A DNA stretch of 62,924 bases, the filler included, from Hausera hauseri (lineage: Eukaryota): the NCBI GenBank assembly GCA_046269625.1. It is 11 parts of 11 records of this genome, joined end to end, with 100 filler letters (N's around TTAATTAATTAA, not from the genome) between each part and the next. Parts side by side here need not be neighbours in the genome. Positions count along the whole stretch, not along the records: positions 22,450 to 26,466 come from JBJURY010817197.1; positions 26,567 to 33,078 come from JBJURY010092210.1; positions 33,179 to 38,062 come from JBJURY010403590.1; 8 more parts are not named here. One strand, 5' to 3'. Positions within the stretch are counted from its first letter, which is position 1; every line of letters begins with the position of its first letter. The position numbers and the translations under genes are program-made. The notes beneath the pieces are model-generated. The model searched no databases and was not told where the DNA came from. It worked only from the letters and a program-made list of their open reading frames with translations. Below, piece after piece: positions 23,571-37,494 of the stretch.

Positions 23571-26129
23571 AAAACTTTTTGTGAAATACATTTTATTTTG
23601 TTGCAAAAAACATAAAACTTGACGTTTACAATAATGATGATGATGCTGATTTTCAACGACGATTTTCACCGACTTACAATAGTCTGATCGTGAGGCGGCT
23701 ATAATATGAAATGATCAACTATCGATGGACTACGTAATCAATCCATTTTCACCACCATTTGACTTGTACAAGGGGAAATTTTGCCCACTTGAAATTTTCC
23801 CATCGATTTCTCCCCATGTTCCGTGGTCCAACAACGTTGCAACGGTATTTATTGCNNNNNNNNNNGTCAATGTTGATTTACCTTTTGTACATATTTTCTG
23901 AGTGCTAGTAACACGTTTCCCGTTATGCGTGACACATTTCCTGTTTTGCTTCTTCCTCTACTAGTGCCTCTGCCTTACATTTTAGGTATACCCCACCTAT
24001 ATTAACGTTTCCTCACTTCGTCACGTGCTTTCAATATTACTTGGTCCAACGTCCATTGTTCGACCTCCTTTTCGGTCAGGAGGGAGGGGATCGTGAGAAA
24101 ATTTTATTGAAATGCGCAGAATAGCCAATCAGGTGGGGAAAAGTGATTTTCCCACCAATCAGCGAAGTGCGATGGAGAGGACACTTCAACCTACTTACCA
24201 TCATGCAAAGTAATTTCTTTACAACGTTGATAAAATGGCTTGAGGTCGTCACAAGTACATTGAAGGTCCTAACTCTGTTGAATCATTCTTATTATTTGAC
24301 TGAAAATGACATCCTTTGTTGTAGTATTTTCAGTATCTCTGGCAAGAATTTGTATTTGCTGAATTTTTTCATTTTGAGTTTTATGAACTTCGTTATCAAC
24401 ATCTAGGTTAACAGAATCTAATGGTGGACAGAATAACCCATCAGATCATACAACTTGTTTTGAGGATTGATAAATAAACGCCATATTTGTAATCTAAAAC
24501 TTGCTGTTGGTGACGCCGTATTGTGTGGACCAAATAATTTTAACAGTGGTATATGATTATGTATTAACTGAAACTTGAGTCGCAATAAGAAGTGATCAAA
24601 AGGCTTAAATCGAAGAAAAGTGGCAAACGTGGATCAAAATGTACCAGTAATTTGACTGAGGCAAGAGATCTCTTAGGTTGATCAAATGCATTCTTACGGA
24701 TCTCGTTCCAAACAAAATAAACTTCGAAACGGTGTAATTCATTTAAAGGTCCGGAAATTGTGACTAAATTTGGAATGTGACTAGCATTTTATGTTAATAT
24801 GCCAAAAAATGATTTCAATGTTTTCAAATTTGTTGGGATTGGTGCGAATTTTTATACTACGTTTATATTCCAAAGTTATGTATAGTATAAAGGTACAAAT
24901 GAAAGATAACATCTAGATAATAACTAAAATTTTATCATAAAGTATAATTACATTTTTTAAGAGGCTGTATAACCCTATTACTTTTCCAATTAGTTTATTA
25001 TATTTAAATACCTCTATAAGTTGAACCTATAACTTTTACAATATTATTTGATTTAATTGGTTCCCCAATAATATTTAAACGTTCACAGACACACATAATT
25101 TCATTAGTTGTCAACTTTATATTTTCATTTTACTCAAAAGATACTCCAATGAAGTCACGATGTTTATTATCGCTGATTATTTTGAAATTTTCTAAGTTTG
25201 AATTACCAGATTCGTTAAATTTTGTTTCTTTTTTCCTTAAATTAAAATGATTACAAGAAAAAAACATCGACTTTAATATTGCAAACAAATCTGGCCACTG
25301 ATAACGAGGTGCTCCTCCGCGGGGGCATATATCCATCATCAATTTTTGTCTCAAGTCAATTATACTTAATTTAACAAACACAACACAACTCAAGTCGACA
25401 GCCGAAAAAACAACCAAACGAAAATAATGTGAAGAATTATAATCGGCAATACCTTCAATTATATACATATGTACCGATCCAACACAATTCAAATAGTTAG
25501 TCGAACAAACGTTTCCATAAATCGAATTCTTTCTCAGATAATTTTTCTTTAACGAATATATTTTCAATTTCTTTTTCGATCAACTTCGCACTAATCTTTT
25601 CTTCAATCTTCTTGGGATAAATTTATTGCTAATCCTTTTTTCGATATAAATGAAGAATTTTCTCGCCTTGTCATTATTTGTCCATGTTGGTCGTACATTA
25701 TGAATAACACCGTTATACTTATCTAAATCTTTAATATAAAAGTTGTCATCAATTTTAAGATACTTATCTTGTAATAAACGTTTTATAGTCAGTTTTGCGA
25801 ATTATTTCCGATATCTATCATAAAATAATTTCGTGTTTCTTTACTAACAAACATAAAACAATACTTGCCAAACGTAAAAATACATAATTGAAATTCTAAT
25901 CCCGTCATTTGGGACAATATCTCATCTTTTATTTCCTCAGGCCATTTCTGATGTGAATTTTCAATATTTTTTGGTGAGAAGATATACATTCAGGCTTTGG
26001 ATCTTACCAATCTAATATATATCTGACTTTTCCTGGTCACTTTCTTAAATTTATAACATTTTGCATTTGTTAATTTTGTCTAATACGGAATTTAGAATTG
26101 GAATTTAAATGTTGAATGATTTTTGCTGC

Positions 26130-26466
26130 AGTAAGTAGGGGGAGTGGAGGACACGGCACCAAGATTATTTCCCTATCTCGAGACCCCCCAGGATCGATAA
26201 TCAATAATTTTATATGAGGAAAATAGGAAATTAATATTATTGATTGGTGCGGTCGGGGTTTCACTATTCCCACCCCCAATATTTTTATGTTATCGATTGG
26301 TCTCATCGTGGTTTCACTATTCCCATTTCCAAATTTGTTTAAATTTTTGCAAAGTTGATATACCTGTGTCATTTATGGAAAAATTTATCAAAGTGTACAC
26401 TATGACAAAACATAAGACAAAACGTAAGACAAAGAAGTCTATACAAATATTTATTAATATAACATA
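26130..26466 (+). repeat. Terminal segment of a repeat family shared with 44284-44630 (possible Polinton TIR)
   Basis: AGTAAGTAGGGGG start, GTCGGGGTTTCACTATTCC subrepeats, and AATTTGTTTAA..TTTTGCAAAGTTG...TGTGTCA.TTATG shared with c8. Confidence 0.7.
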
Positions 26467-28471
26467 NNNNNNNNNNNNNNNNNNNNNNNNNNNNNNNNNN
26501 NNNNNNNNNNTTAATTAATTAANNNNNNNNNNNNNNNNNNNNNNNNNNNNNNNNNNNNNNNNNNNNAAGTTTTATTAACTATTCAATGTGTAGTAATATT
26601 ATACCTCGATTACGTTATTATTATTATATTAATAGGAACCACTATTGCACTAAGCAGTTTTTACAAGGTTGTTAATGTATTTATGGTACATGTCCAGTTG
26701 TCTTGCTAATAATGAAGTTTGCAAATATTTAGCATACATGGATTAAATGGTAATATAGTTTCATAGATTTAGTAACAGTCATATTTATTGTATTGTATCG
26801 TTTTACTTAAATAATATGGAATATGAACTATTTAAATCTATGAATATTGATGATAATACTTTTAGGCTACTAGAGAATTTATAAACTAATATTGCAAATG
26901 GTTTGATAATCGCGTATGAAATATTATGTAATTCGCATTTCAAATGGTCGGAATCTATTATTGTTTAATAAATAAAGGGTACCTTTTCTTCCGCCTCCCA
27001 TACCGGAGGACCAACTAAAGACGGTCTCTTTTGGTACTTAGCCAAAGAATGGGAAGGTAACGCACAGTCATGGGATACATTCCTTACCGTAATACATGTC
27101 AGAATATTCTAAAAAATAATGTTACTACAATATTATAAGGAATTAAGTAAAATATGCTAAACAGACCATAACTGCGCCTTCTTAATTCTTGCAACTTCTC
27201 CTTGACATTACGTACTGGCGTCTCTCGTACGCAAGGGTCACTCGGATTTTGGTGTGCATGGAACCTTGTCTAGAAGCTATATTTGTGCATAGAATATCCA
27301 TGATTCAAGATACTCTTGAACACTGACTTGTTTGCTGCAGGCAGGAATTTGACGGTAAACTTCCGCCTGCATCTCCTCAGCTCTGACGGTACAGTGAGTG
27401 ACACATCCCGTTTCACGTCCAGAGCTTCTCCACGTTGGGACAATCTACGATTCCATCAGCTGGCAATTTGGAACATCAAGCCNNNNNNNNNNNNNNNNNN
27501 NNNNNNNNNNNNNNNNNNNNNNNNNNNNNNNNNNNNNNNNNNNNNNNNNNNNNNNNNNNNNNNNNNNNNNNNNNNNNNNNNNNNNNNNNNNNNNNNNNNN
27601 NNNNNNNNNNNNNNNNNNNNNNNNNNNNNNNNNNNNNNNNNNNNNNNNNNNNNNNNNNNNNNNNNNNNNNNNNNNNNNNNNNNNNNNNNNNNNNNNNNNN
27701 NNNNNNNNNNNNNNNNNNNNNNNNNNNNNNNNNNNNNNNTCTCTCTATCTCTGGCGCGGGTTTACGGTTGAGGTGATGTTGTTACTCTTCCGTTTCGAAA
27801 TTATATTAAAAATAGAGAAAACTGCGTAGACGCTGCGTTTATGTTATCCATTTCCCTAGTCATTTCGATAATTTTAGAATGTCGCTCAACTTTTTACTAA
27901 TAGCAGACTTCGCACCACTTGATAAGTCGAGTTATATAATCATTTATGTACTATTGACAAACTGTTTTCCATATTTCTTTGTAACTTATTTAATGGTTTA
28001 ATTAATGAGTCTTCATGGATGAATACAATAAGAAAGATCCAACGATTCAAATAGCCAAAGAGTGACAACAATGAAGAAACATTGCTCTCAGTTGACACAT
28101 AAAATTTACAGGAAAATGAAGAAGATGACAATGAAAGACATGGTCCAATGGGAAAAAGAAGAAATCAAAAAATTTGAAGGTACAGAAAGAAACAATTGCG
28201 AAATAGGGGTCACGAGTATGCAACCTCATTAGGAAAAATTGTATCTGAAGGTAAATTGAAGGATATCGAGGAACATGGGTGTACGTTTAAGTACATAAAC
28301 AATATTCCGCGTAATGCACACTGTGGAGCTCACTTTGACCCACAGAAAAAAACAGTGGTGCATATGTGAATAATATTAGTTGTGTTTTTCTTTTAATATT
28401 AAAATTTTGTCACCTTACTTCAATTTATCTTTCTTTTTAAAGGATCTTGCACAATTTCAGGCTTAACTTGT

Positions 28472-29840
28472 TTGTTACAGGGTTTGCAAGAATTTTATTA
28501 TGTAGATAAATCAGAAGTGTTAATTTTACTTCGATACGTTAAAAAGACGCAAAAGGATCATTTGTTCAAGTATGATCAATATAATTCCCATGATAATTGT
28601 TCTGATGACTACATAGCGGATTTTGAATTATATGATTTCCGAAGGAATGATACGACTGAAAATGAATTGCGCAGCCAGTTAGTGAAATCTAGTGTCTGCG
28701 GTGAATCATTAGATAAATTCGATTTCACAACAACCCCAATCAACAGCGAAGAAATCAATTCAGAATACTTTTGTCGGACTTGTTGCGAAATTTGTGCAGA
28801 CGAGGACGGAAATGTAAATTCAACCATCCATTGGTTTTAAACGGCAAAGTTCGGCAAAATATGAAGTCGTTGATCAATCGGGTAATTTTGAGGTGAACTT
28901 TTGCAATGATTTGCAGAGCAATACCTGCTCCCGGCTACAGTGCCGATTCATTCATTGTAGCAGGTAGAAACAGGAATTTTACTACGCCACAGACATTCTC
29001 TTGCCGACTGTTCCTTGTTCTAATATTCAGATTTCGTATTGTAAGGACTTTGCGAACAATATTTGTTCAAGAATCAAATGCAAGTACCTCTATTTGACAA
29101 ACGAAAAATCAACTGGTGAATTTGTCGCAATGGAAAAGTTCTGTTTCGATTACCACAGTTATAGCAATCCAGCATCGATTGAACAAAGTGTTCTGCAAAA
29201 TGTTTCCGGAATCACTAGTAGTTATTTTTCGAGTTTCCCAACATCACAACAAGTGAGCGTAATGCCTTCTCAGCCTATTTCCCTAGGGAATAATTTAGCA
29301 TTGACTAATGCCCAATTTGCCGTATCTTTACCATTAGGTTCTGTCTCATATTCGACATCTCAGCAACATTTAATAACTCAACCGAATTTGACTAATGTTC
29401 AATACATTTATGATCCAAATTTGAACTCTGTCACTCATGAAGTTAGTCCAATCAACTCGGACGTTATAAATCATCATAACATGGTCAGTCAAATTCACCA
29501 TTCGCAACAAGACGTGTACAGCGATATTATTCACAATCCAGGTGCAATTATTACTCAGCACCATGCAATTCTACCACAGTTTACAATAATATCGTCAGAT
29601 AATCAAACTCATTCTCAACTATTGACTGTTTCTTTGGTAGCTGTTGGAAAGATTAATGCCTCTGGGCATATAATTAATCCTGTTGAGGTGGCTCATTCTA
29701 ACCCCCCAACAATAATCAAAAACCAACAGTGCACCATCAGTCAGCCGCATCAGGGTATGTCTCTCTTTTTTGTTGCTACACCGTGTTCTTTGCTTTCGGC
29801 TCCATCCGCTCTTTCTGAAGTGGTTCACACCATTCAATAA
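28472..29840 (+). CDS. Fragmentary gene with degenerate CCCH finger (muscleblind/ZC3H10-like) and S/Q/H/N-rich low-complexity region
   Basis: YCKDFANNICSRIKCKYLY (last His replaced); 279-aa ORF 29001..29840. Exon structure not resolved. Confidence 0.3.
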
Positions 29841-29949
29841 CAATAAATGAGGTTATTTGATCAGAACAATACAATCTGTGTCGTCCAGAAAAGCATACAA
29901 ATGAATTTAACACACATTAACAAATAGTTCATAAATTTTGGAGCATTGG

Positions 29950-30560
29950 AAATTTCAGTTTGAAAAATTTATGCTTGAAGAGTGATCAGTCAGAACAATG
30001 TAGAGAGGAGACGGTCATGAATAAAGTATTCCCAGGGAAAATGAAAATGAAAAATGTTATTGGAAAATATTTTTGCCAATCCTTGGAATCAAAATAAACG
30101 TGTTCAAAAATTTTTTTCTAAAAGCGCTTGAAATAAGCAATAGCCATATGTCGCAGCTAATGCAAAAAAACAGCTGCCCACTGATCGAAGAGGAAATATA
30201 TCAACAAGAAACCATTACAAGAAATTTCCCATGACATAAAGGACCATATTCGCAAATGTCCAGCTTATGTCAGCCATTACACCAGAGATATAAGTTCTAA
30301 ACAGAATTTATTGGTGGAACTGAGCATCAAAAATGTTTGATATGTACTAAAATGAATTCGTGGTAGCGTTCGTTAATTTATCATTACTTTGTCCACATGC
30401 AGACACGTGCAAGAAATGTGATATTTTCAAGGTTCAATTTGATGCCGAAACATATCCAAAACCGTAAAAATGAGATCCACCAGGAACACGAACTGCATCT
30501 AAGAAAAGCTGAAAGTACGACAATTATTTGGTTCTAAAAAGGACAGACGAGACGAAAAAC
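29950..30560 (+). pseudogene. DNA transposon transposase remnant (Sola-like)
   Basis: HIRKCPAYVSHYTR...LSIK and NLS..CPHADTCKKCD motifs across frameshifts. Superfamily uncertain. Confidence 0.45.
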
Positions 30561-30565
30561 ACATC

Positions 30566-31698
30566 TCATTTACTTTTGATTGACAAGATCTGCCTTCTTT
30601 TGTTTTTTTTTTCTGTGGAGACTTGCTCTGCAATAGTTATAGGTAATTTATTTGTATCACTAATTGTTTGATCAATTAATTTTTCTATTTCGTCATCTGT
30701 AATATTCATTTTATTTATTATTACAGGGTTGTAAGCATCTTCTTGCATGCCGTAAGCTAATAGCAGGTCGTCATTTATCATTTCTCTCCTGCTGTGGCTG
30801 TTGGTCCTGCTGTGGCTGTTGGTTCTGCTGTGGCTGTTGGTCCTGCTGTGGCTGTTGGTCCTGCTGTGGCTGTTGGTTCTGCTGTGGCTGTTGGTCCTGC
30901 TGTGGCTGTTGGTTCTGCTGTGGCTGTTGGTTCTGCTTCAGTGACCGTTTTTGTTGTTGTTGCTGTGGCTGTTGGTTCTGCTGCGGCTGTTGTTGCTTGT
31001 GTGCCTTCTTCGGTTGGCACAGGTATCTGTTATCTAAATTTTTGTGCAGGCTCCGGTCACTGGTTGGTTGCAGCTCCTGTGACTGAAGTATTTCTCCTGG
31101 CTGCAACTTCTTTTCCAGTCTTTTGTGTCGCCTCCTCCGGCTTTCCTTCTGCCATTTTTCCAAAAGATTTTGTTTGATGTCATCACGCTCCTGCGTGTTG
31201 TTTCCAAATGACAGAGCGGTTGATAATTTTTCTTGCCGCTGTTTTGTCATAATTAATTGGCGGCTTGTTGGCGGCACAAACTTCTTCTTCTTAATAACCG
31301 GCTCAGGTTCGAAGTCTGAGTCGGAATCTGTCAGTTGAATGTCTCGGCGCAGTTGACTGTAGTTCGTAGTCGAACTGCGAGCCGACTGTTGCTGTTTCTG
31401 TTGTTTCTGTTGTTGAGCTGGCTGTTGTTGAGCTGGCTGTTGTATCGGTTGGTGTTGGTCAGCATCCATGTCCACTGTATTGGTTTCTGTAATCATATGT
31501 AAATTTGTCGTAACAATAAAATAAAACCTTACCAAGTTGTTTGCATATGTTGACCAAGTCCTGTGTGTTACATGGACTGTAACACGGTGCATTTTTGGGT
31601 ATCTGAGGCTCGTATTCTGTTCCAAGTTGTCGCTCTAATTCGTGAGCGACAACAATCATTTGCTGTTTTTGTTCGTCACTTAAGACAATTTTTGACAT
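30566..31698 (-). CDS. Unknown Q-rich protein; exon 1 31698-31533, 46-nt intron 31532-31487, exon 2 to 30771 (probably continuing to 30566 via frameshift)
   Basis: GTAAGG...TTACAG intron joins MSKIVLS...CKQL in frame to ETNTVDMDADQ. Confidence 0.5.
30788..30940 (-). repeat. 18-bp coding tandem repeat (QQ[D/N]QQP)
   Basis: About 8 units of CAGCAG(G/A)ACCAACAGCCA. Confidence 0.95.
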
Positions 31699-33178
31699 GT
31701 TGAAATAATGACAAAATAATGACAAACACTGCATTATATACTTTGTCGTACTGCTTGTTTTTGAAGGAAGGTGTGCGCACACATGATTTTAATTAGACTA
31801 TATAGCAAAAAATAAAAACACACACATGATTTTTCCTGATACACACATTCACACACATGATTTTTTTGATACACACATTATTTTACTATAAAGCGGCTTC
31901 TTATTTGTTACATATGTTACTAGGTAACAGTGTTGAAAAATAAGCACTTTTTACGTTGCGGTATGTTAAATATTTTGTTGGATAAAATATCATGTTTTGA
32001 CAACAGTAATTGTATAATGTCAAAATTATACTATATTTACATGTAAAGTTAAGATTTACACAAATTTCAAACTATATAACAGTTACATGTAGTAATTCAT
32101 AGGTATAAAAATAAGCAAGTATTATAATAAAAAGTCACACAAGTGTAAAATGAGGAAAATGCGAAGCTCCGCGTCTAAAAGCGTTATTTAGCGCACACAC
32201 ACACACATACTACACACACATACTGCACACACACACACACTTGTCTCATCAAATAACATTGACACTTTAGCAAATTAAGATTTATTAAAATAAGTGGCTA
32301 ATCCAAGTAATTAATTTCCATTTATTTTCATACTAATTACTTATAACTCTATAACACATGTGTATTATTACTTGTAAAAGTACTCCACATCTGTGTGGTA
32401 GAACAACACTAGTCTACTTTTCATTGCATTTGCGCATGCGAGTATCATACTAGCATTAGGTTTGGAAGTAACTTGGTTTTCATTAGGAACGAGTTGATTG
32501 CAAGTCTAGGAGATACCAGTACCTTTTATGACACTTGTGGAGCCATGTAATTGAAAACTGCATAAGTTTGATACAGTGGGCTTCCCAGATTCATTTGGAC
32601 AGTAGTGTAAAGTAAACTTGTCAAGTGATTGACACTGAATCATTCCTAATACCTGTAAATGGTGGGCACTGTAACTAGACCTTTCAAACTTATCATTCTA
32701 TGCAGTCGAAGATTAAAATTTTGCATCTGAAAGTGTTTTAAATACATGGGTTTAGCTTTAGACATTTAGTTAAGAAAATTCACTACATCATTTGGGCATT
32801 CCCTTATTTGTTCCACTCACCATCCCAGCATGTAAAGACTAGTTTTTTTTTTTAACTGTCTAGATATGATGGGCTAACTTAATGCAAAATTGTATTGATT
32901 GCTGTTTTATAACGTTCCGATATGCGTCAGCGATATGAAGTTATGATGAGTGTGTGATAACATCTTTCACTGAATACTTGGGAAGGAGTCGTTAATAAAG
33001 TTAGAAGATGGGCTGAACATTATTATTAGGGATTTCACAGTAGGAGATAATTATTACGCCCTGCGTGACATTTTTTTTNNNNNNNNNNNNNNNNNNNNNN
33101 NNNNNNNNNNNNNNNNNNNNNNTTAATTAATTAANNNNNNNNNNNNNNNNNNNNNNNNNNNNNNNNNNNNNNNNNNNN

Positions 33179-33590
33179 GAATGAAAGTCTGAATATATTG
33201 AATGAAAGTCTGAATATATTGAATGAAAGTCTGAATATATTGAATGAAAGTCTGAGTGGTCTCAAAAACTTCTGGGTAATGTAATTTCAAAACATATGGC
33301 CTACAACATATACCGCAATGCTTTGTGCCACCAGCATTAGTAAAACAAGAAAGTAAGGGCAGAAATTTTGTCTTTTTCCACCATTATGTGTTTGTCACAA
33401 AAATAGTTTCAAGATGTTTGAGGCAAGAAATTAGATTTCAACATTTCATCTGACCAGTAAGTTCATCATCACTGAGTCTACTTTGAAATATGCTCTGAAG
33501 TTTTCAGAGTGGTAGAGATCCTTCTACAAATAACCCTGGATTCTAAGCTAAGCTAAGCTAACTGGGTGTTTAGAGTAGGATTTCCCTGGT
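33179..33590 (+). repeat. Repeat element arm with 21-bp tandem array (GAATGAAAGTCTGAATATATT)
   Basis: Tandem array at 33179-33255, followed by ~330 bp homologous in inverted orientation to 37495-37790. Confidence 0.85.
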
Positions 33591-34546
33591 AGTTATTTGT
33601 TTCTGGTAGCTGAAAGTGAGATATATTGCATTTTGTAGGCAGTGTGGAGGCAGTGGTACTGTGATGAATAATTACAAGTACCAGAAATATATAACAGAAT
33701 ATATAACAGAACCACCAAATAAACATAAATATATGACTTTTGTCCTAAAATGATTGTTTATGTTGTTAATCTGTCACAATACATTTAATATTAGTTATTT
33801 TACCAACATTTTTGCACTAATTCAGAATAAGAATTTTTTTCTTATCAATCACAAATAATGAGTAAAGATTTTGACTTTGCATTAAAAAAATAAATAAATT
33901 AGCAATAGAATATAATTTGAAAATGTTAGGATTATATTCAAAGTGTTAAATTAAAATATTTTATTAAAGTACACTTCAAATATGTTGTTTTAAAATACTA
34001 TATTTTTGTGCAATTTATTTTTAATACACTTTTTATGTATTTGTAAAAGTGTACATTTCTAATGTAAATTTTAAAAGACACATAGCAAAATATCCAACAC
34101 TTTTCTAAAGTTGCACTATTTTCAAATGGATTTCATAAATATTTTTTAACTTTATTTTTAAAGTCATTTTCAAAATAATGTTTCAAAGTTTCAGTGTTTT
34201 GCGTAATAGTGAGTAATTATATTTGAATAAAACACTTTCAGAGGTATTATTTCATTCTAACAAAGTATGTTTCAGACTGACAGACAAACAGATAGGTCAA
34301 ACCAAACCCTTAACCATGAAAATAGGATTGTAAAACAGAATCTGAAGTTGTGGAAATAGTTGTTTTTTCTTTTATAAAAATCACCAAAACAAACTTAAAT
34401 AAATAATTAAACTCTGTAAAATTCAATTACTCTTTTCTTTCCTTTTTAAATAAAAAATTGCAGCTGTTCACTTTTTCTGTTATTCTGATAAAAGGACGAA
34501 AGTTTAATGCATCTTTGGTTGAGGTGTTGGATTGACTCGCTCCATT

Positions 34547-34609
34547 CCACTAGGGGGCGCTAGAGGTTCCTTGCTTTTGTTCTGATGAACATGGTGTAAA
34601 ACCGGAAGT
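34547..34609 (+). promoter_or_regulatory. CTCF-like motif (CCACTAGGGGGCGC) and ETS motif (ACCGGAAGT)
   Basis: Consensus matches in an otherwise AT-rich contig; no functional evidence. Confidence 0.35.
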
Positions 34610-35879
34610 CTCTTTAAAAGAAGCAAACGTCTTCAATCACTTAAGATATCTTCTTTATTTAGATGGTCAACAAGATAAGTTCTTTTGTTTTAGCCATATT
34701 AAGCGTTTTTGGAACGGTATAGTTTATTATTTGTGTTGCAAACTACTAAGAAAATGTTTTTTCTCTGCACGAGTGTTCTGAAGACATTAGCATTATGCTA
34801 TCGGTTTACTTGTGTTAGGTAGCTAACTAGCACCTAATTTACCACAATCCTAATGCATGTCTTTTGCACAATATGGATTAATATTTGATATGTTATCACT
34901 TTCAGAGTTTTAAACAGCAAGTTTAATGTGGTTTACATTTTATTATTTGCTAATGTACATTCAGCAAAGGTTTAGTTGTTATTTGTTACTGAGGTCAAGG
35001 TATTTTTTTGTAAATTTGTGTCTATATGTTTATCATAAAGACTAAATGTAATTTTATCTTGTTTGCAGTTTCACGGTCAGCAGCTGCCCTGTGGATTTCA
35101 CTGCGTAAATGCCTTGTCACTCTAGACAACTTCTGCCAACTTCTGAACATTTTAAAGACGTCTACATTGAAGCTGGAATTGAAAAAAAATAACTGTAAGC
35201 CTCTTTCTGCATGTACACAATGTAATTCTAACAAATTGATGAAATATATAATTTTATTAGCAACTTAGACTTAAAAATGTATCACAAGTTGGCATAAGTT
35301 ATCTAATGTGACTGGGGCTTCATAAACAACTACTATCCTTATGCTACATTCTATAACATGGGGAGTAGCCTGAGATTGGCTTTGCTTGGAAGTAAGTTGC
35401 CTTAAAATAAATTTCAAACAGTTCTGGCAAACATATTTCACTAAATATTTTTTACTATGTACAGTAGGGTTATTGGAATGCCAGTCTGATAAAATTTGTT
35501 ACTGGTAATAGATCACAAGACATGATTGGTTAAAGAATGTTCCAGTTTAGTCAACATTAAAGAAAAGGTTAACATTTCTCTCTTTTCTGTTCTGCAGATG
35601 CTGTTCTTCAGGAAGGAGAATGTCACTTTGTCTAAGAAATATTGGAATGCTGTGACGCTGAATTAAAATAATGTTACCAGAAAGTGTATATTTTTTCCAT
35701 AAATGTGTTGTTTCAATAGGATAATTTTTCTAAGCATATTGTAAATATTTTTTTATTTACAGTTCACACATTTAATGGTTTCACGTTATGTACTTTTGAA
35801 AAATGTGTATATATTTATACACAAAGTACTTTTTTCACCTGTAAATTTACAGGTGAAAATAAAGATGTTAAGCATCAAA

Positions 35880-36680
35880 TAAGTACTAAATCTTTGCATA
35901 ACTGAAGCCAGACTAATCATCAGTATACTGAAATCATGCTATTTTGGAACAGCTAACTTTGTACTAAATACTTTTAATTTGTAATTAAATTGTAGAAAAT
36001 CACAATTTTATATGCATTAGGTGTTCTATTATGTGCTAAAGTGGAACAACTTTAACTATACTTTGTACGTTTTATGCGGTGTTGTGTGTACTAATAAACA
36101 TTTTACTTTATGCTACTTTGTAGCATTGAGTAAAGATCATTTATTTCACACTAAGGTACTGCAAACCTATTATGCTACCAGTATACTGAAAGCTGAAATC
36201 AATAAACTGATTAATAGCCCCTTATTTAATTCAGCATTTAGTATACTGGTAGCCAAATACTTTTGGAGTACATTAGTGTGAACTAAAACATATAATGTTT
36301 AAAGTAACAGAGTATAAATTTTAAGTAGCTAAAAATAGTACTTACTAATTATATTAAACCAAAAGCATACTAAAAATATGATAATAGTATATCAAAAGTA
36401 TAGTTATGAATTTGAGAGGCATTAAAAAACAAATTAAATTCAATTATTTTACAAAAGTATTGCATTTCATTTTTACAAAGCATGCTTTTAAAACAAAGTG
36501 TGTTTGAAGTTGTTCCACTTTAGCATGTAAAGGTACACTTCATACAAAATAATGATTTTGTACAATTTATTTAAACTAAAATAGTTGTTCCAAAATAGTA
36601 TTCTTCAAGTATATTGATGATTAGTGTGGCTTCAAATATGCTGAAGTATACTAAGATTTAGTATACTTAGTCATTTTTTT
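35880..36680. mobile_element. Foldback/MITE-like element with long imperfect inverted arms
   Basis: TGAAGCCAGACTAATCATCAGTATAC (~35903) pairs with GTATATTGATGATTAGTGTGGCTTCA (~36609); CTAAAGTGGAACAACTT (~36036) pairs with AAGTTGTTCCACTTTAG (~36507). Confidence 0.6.
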
Positions 36681-37494
36681 ACATACAAAATTAGAAGCTA
36701 ATGATGGAATTGGGGAAAAACAAATCAAGTGGAAGGTTCTTTTGTACGTATGCAAATTATTACATTTAACTACATTAAATTTTATATATAGCCAATATGA
36801 GCAAAATTGTTATGATTTAAGAATTGTACCCTAAAGAAATAAAAAACGTGCTTCCTTCAAAGGAATATTTTTTTTTATAATTGAATTTTGTTTCAATTAA
36901 GGTGTTGTAATTGGTGGTGAGCAGCTTTAGTTATACAGTTGATTAATTTCTACACTTACTCTGAGGGTTGACTGGAACCATAGGTTTAAATCATTTTACA
37001 ATTAGTTTTACCAGCTTGCATCTTGCCGAAGTTCTTGCTTAGCAACTGCATATTTCACTTACCATATCTACTAAATACTTATCAGGTAAAATCATTATAG
37101 ATATCTATAGCACAAAAATAAAACAATGTTTTAGTAAAAAAATTATTTATCAGAATAAATAAAACAGACAGGAAACAGAGAATGATACCTCGGCTGTCTA
37201 ATCAACAATTATTTATATAATATAAAAAGATGAAGAAATGGAGTAGACACCGTCAGGACACGAGGATGAAGAGGATCACTGGGAGCTGGAAAATTGGTCT
37301 CTCCTGCTGAGATTTCTGCATTAAACCATGAAAAATGGAAAATAAAAATAGATCACTCTCTAAAATCGTAGAACTTTAAGATAAAAAATTTTATGTTCTG
37401 GCAATTGCAGTTTTTTACCACATGCCTATAAAATATATGTATCTCACTTTCAGTTCCCACAAACAAATAATAAGCAATGGGAAAACACAGAGGG

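Noticed and set aside
24143-26070. AT-rich short ORFs, possibly a decayed gene on the minus strand
   Set aside because: No motif I can recognise; I cannot support a call.
30778-31177. PTATA mucin-like and AVAVG ORFs
   Set aside because: Alternative-frame and antisense readings of the 18-bp Q-rich repeat.
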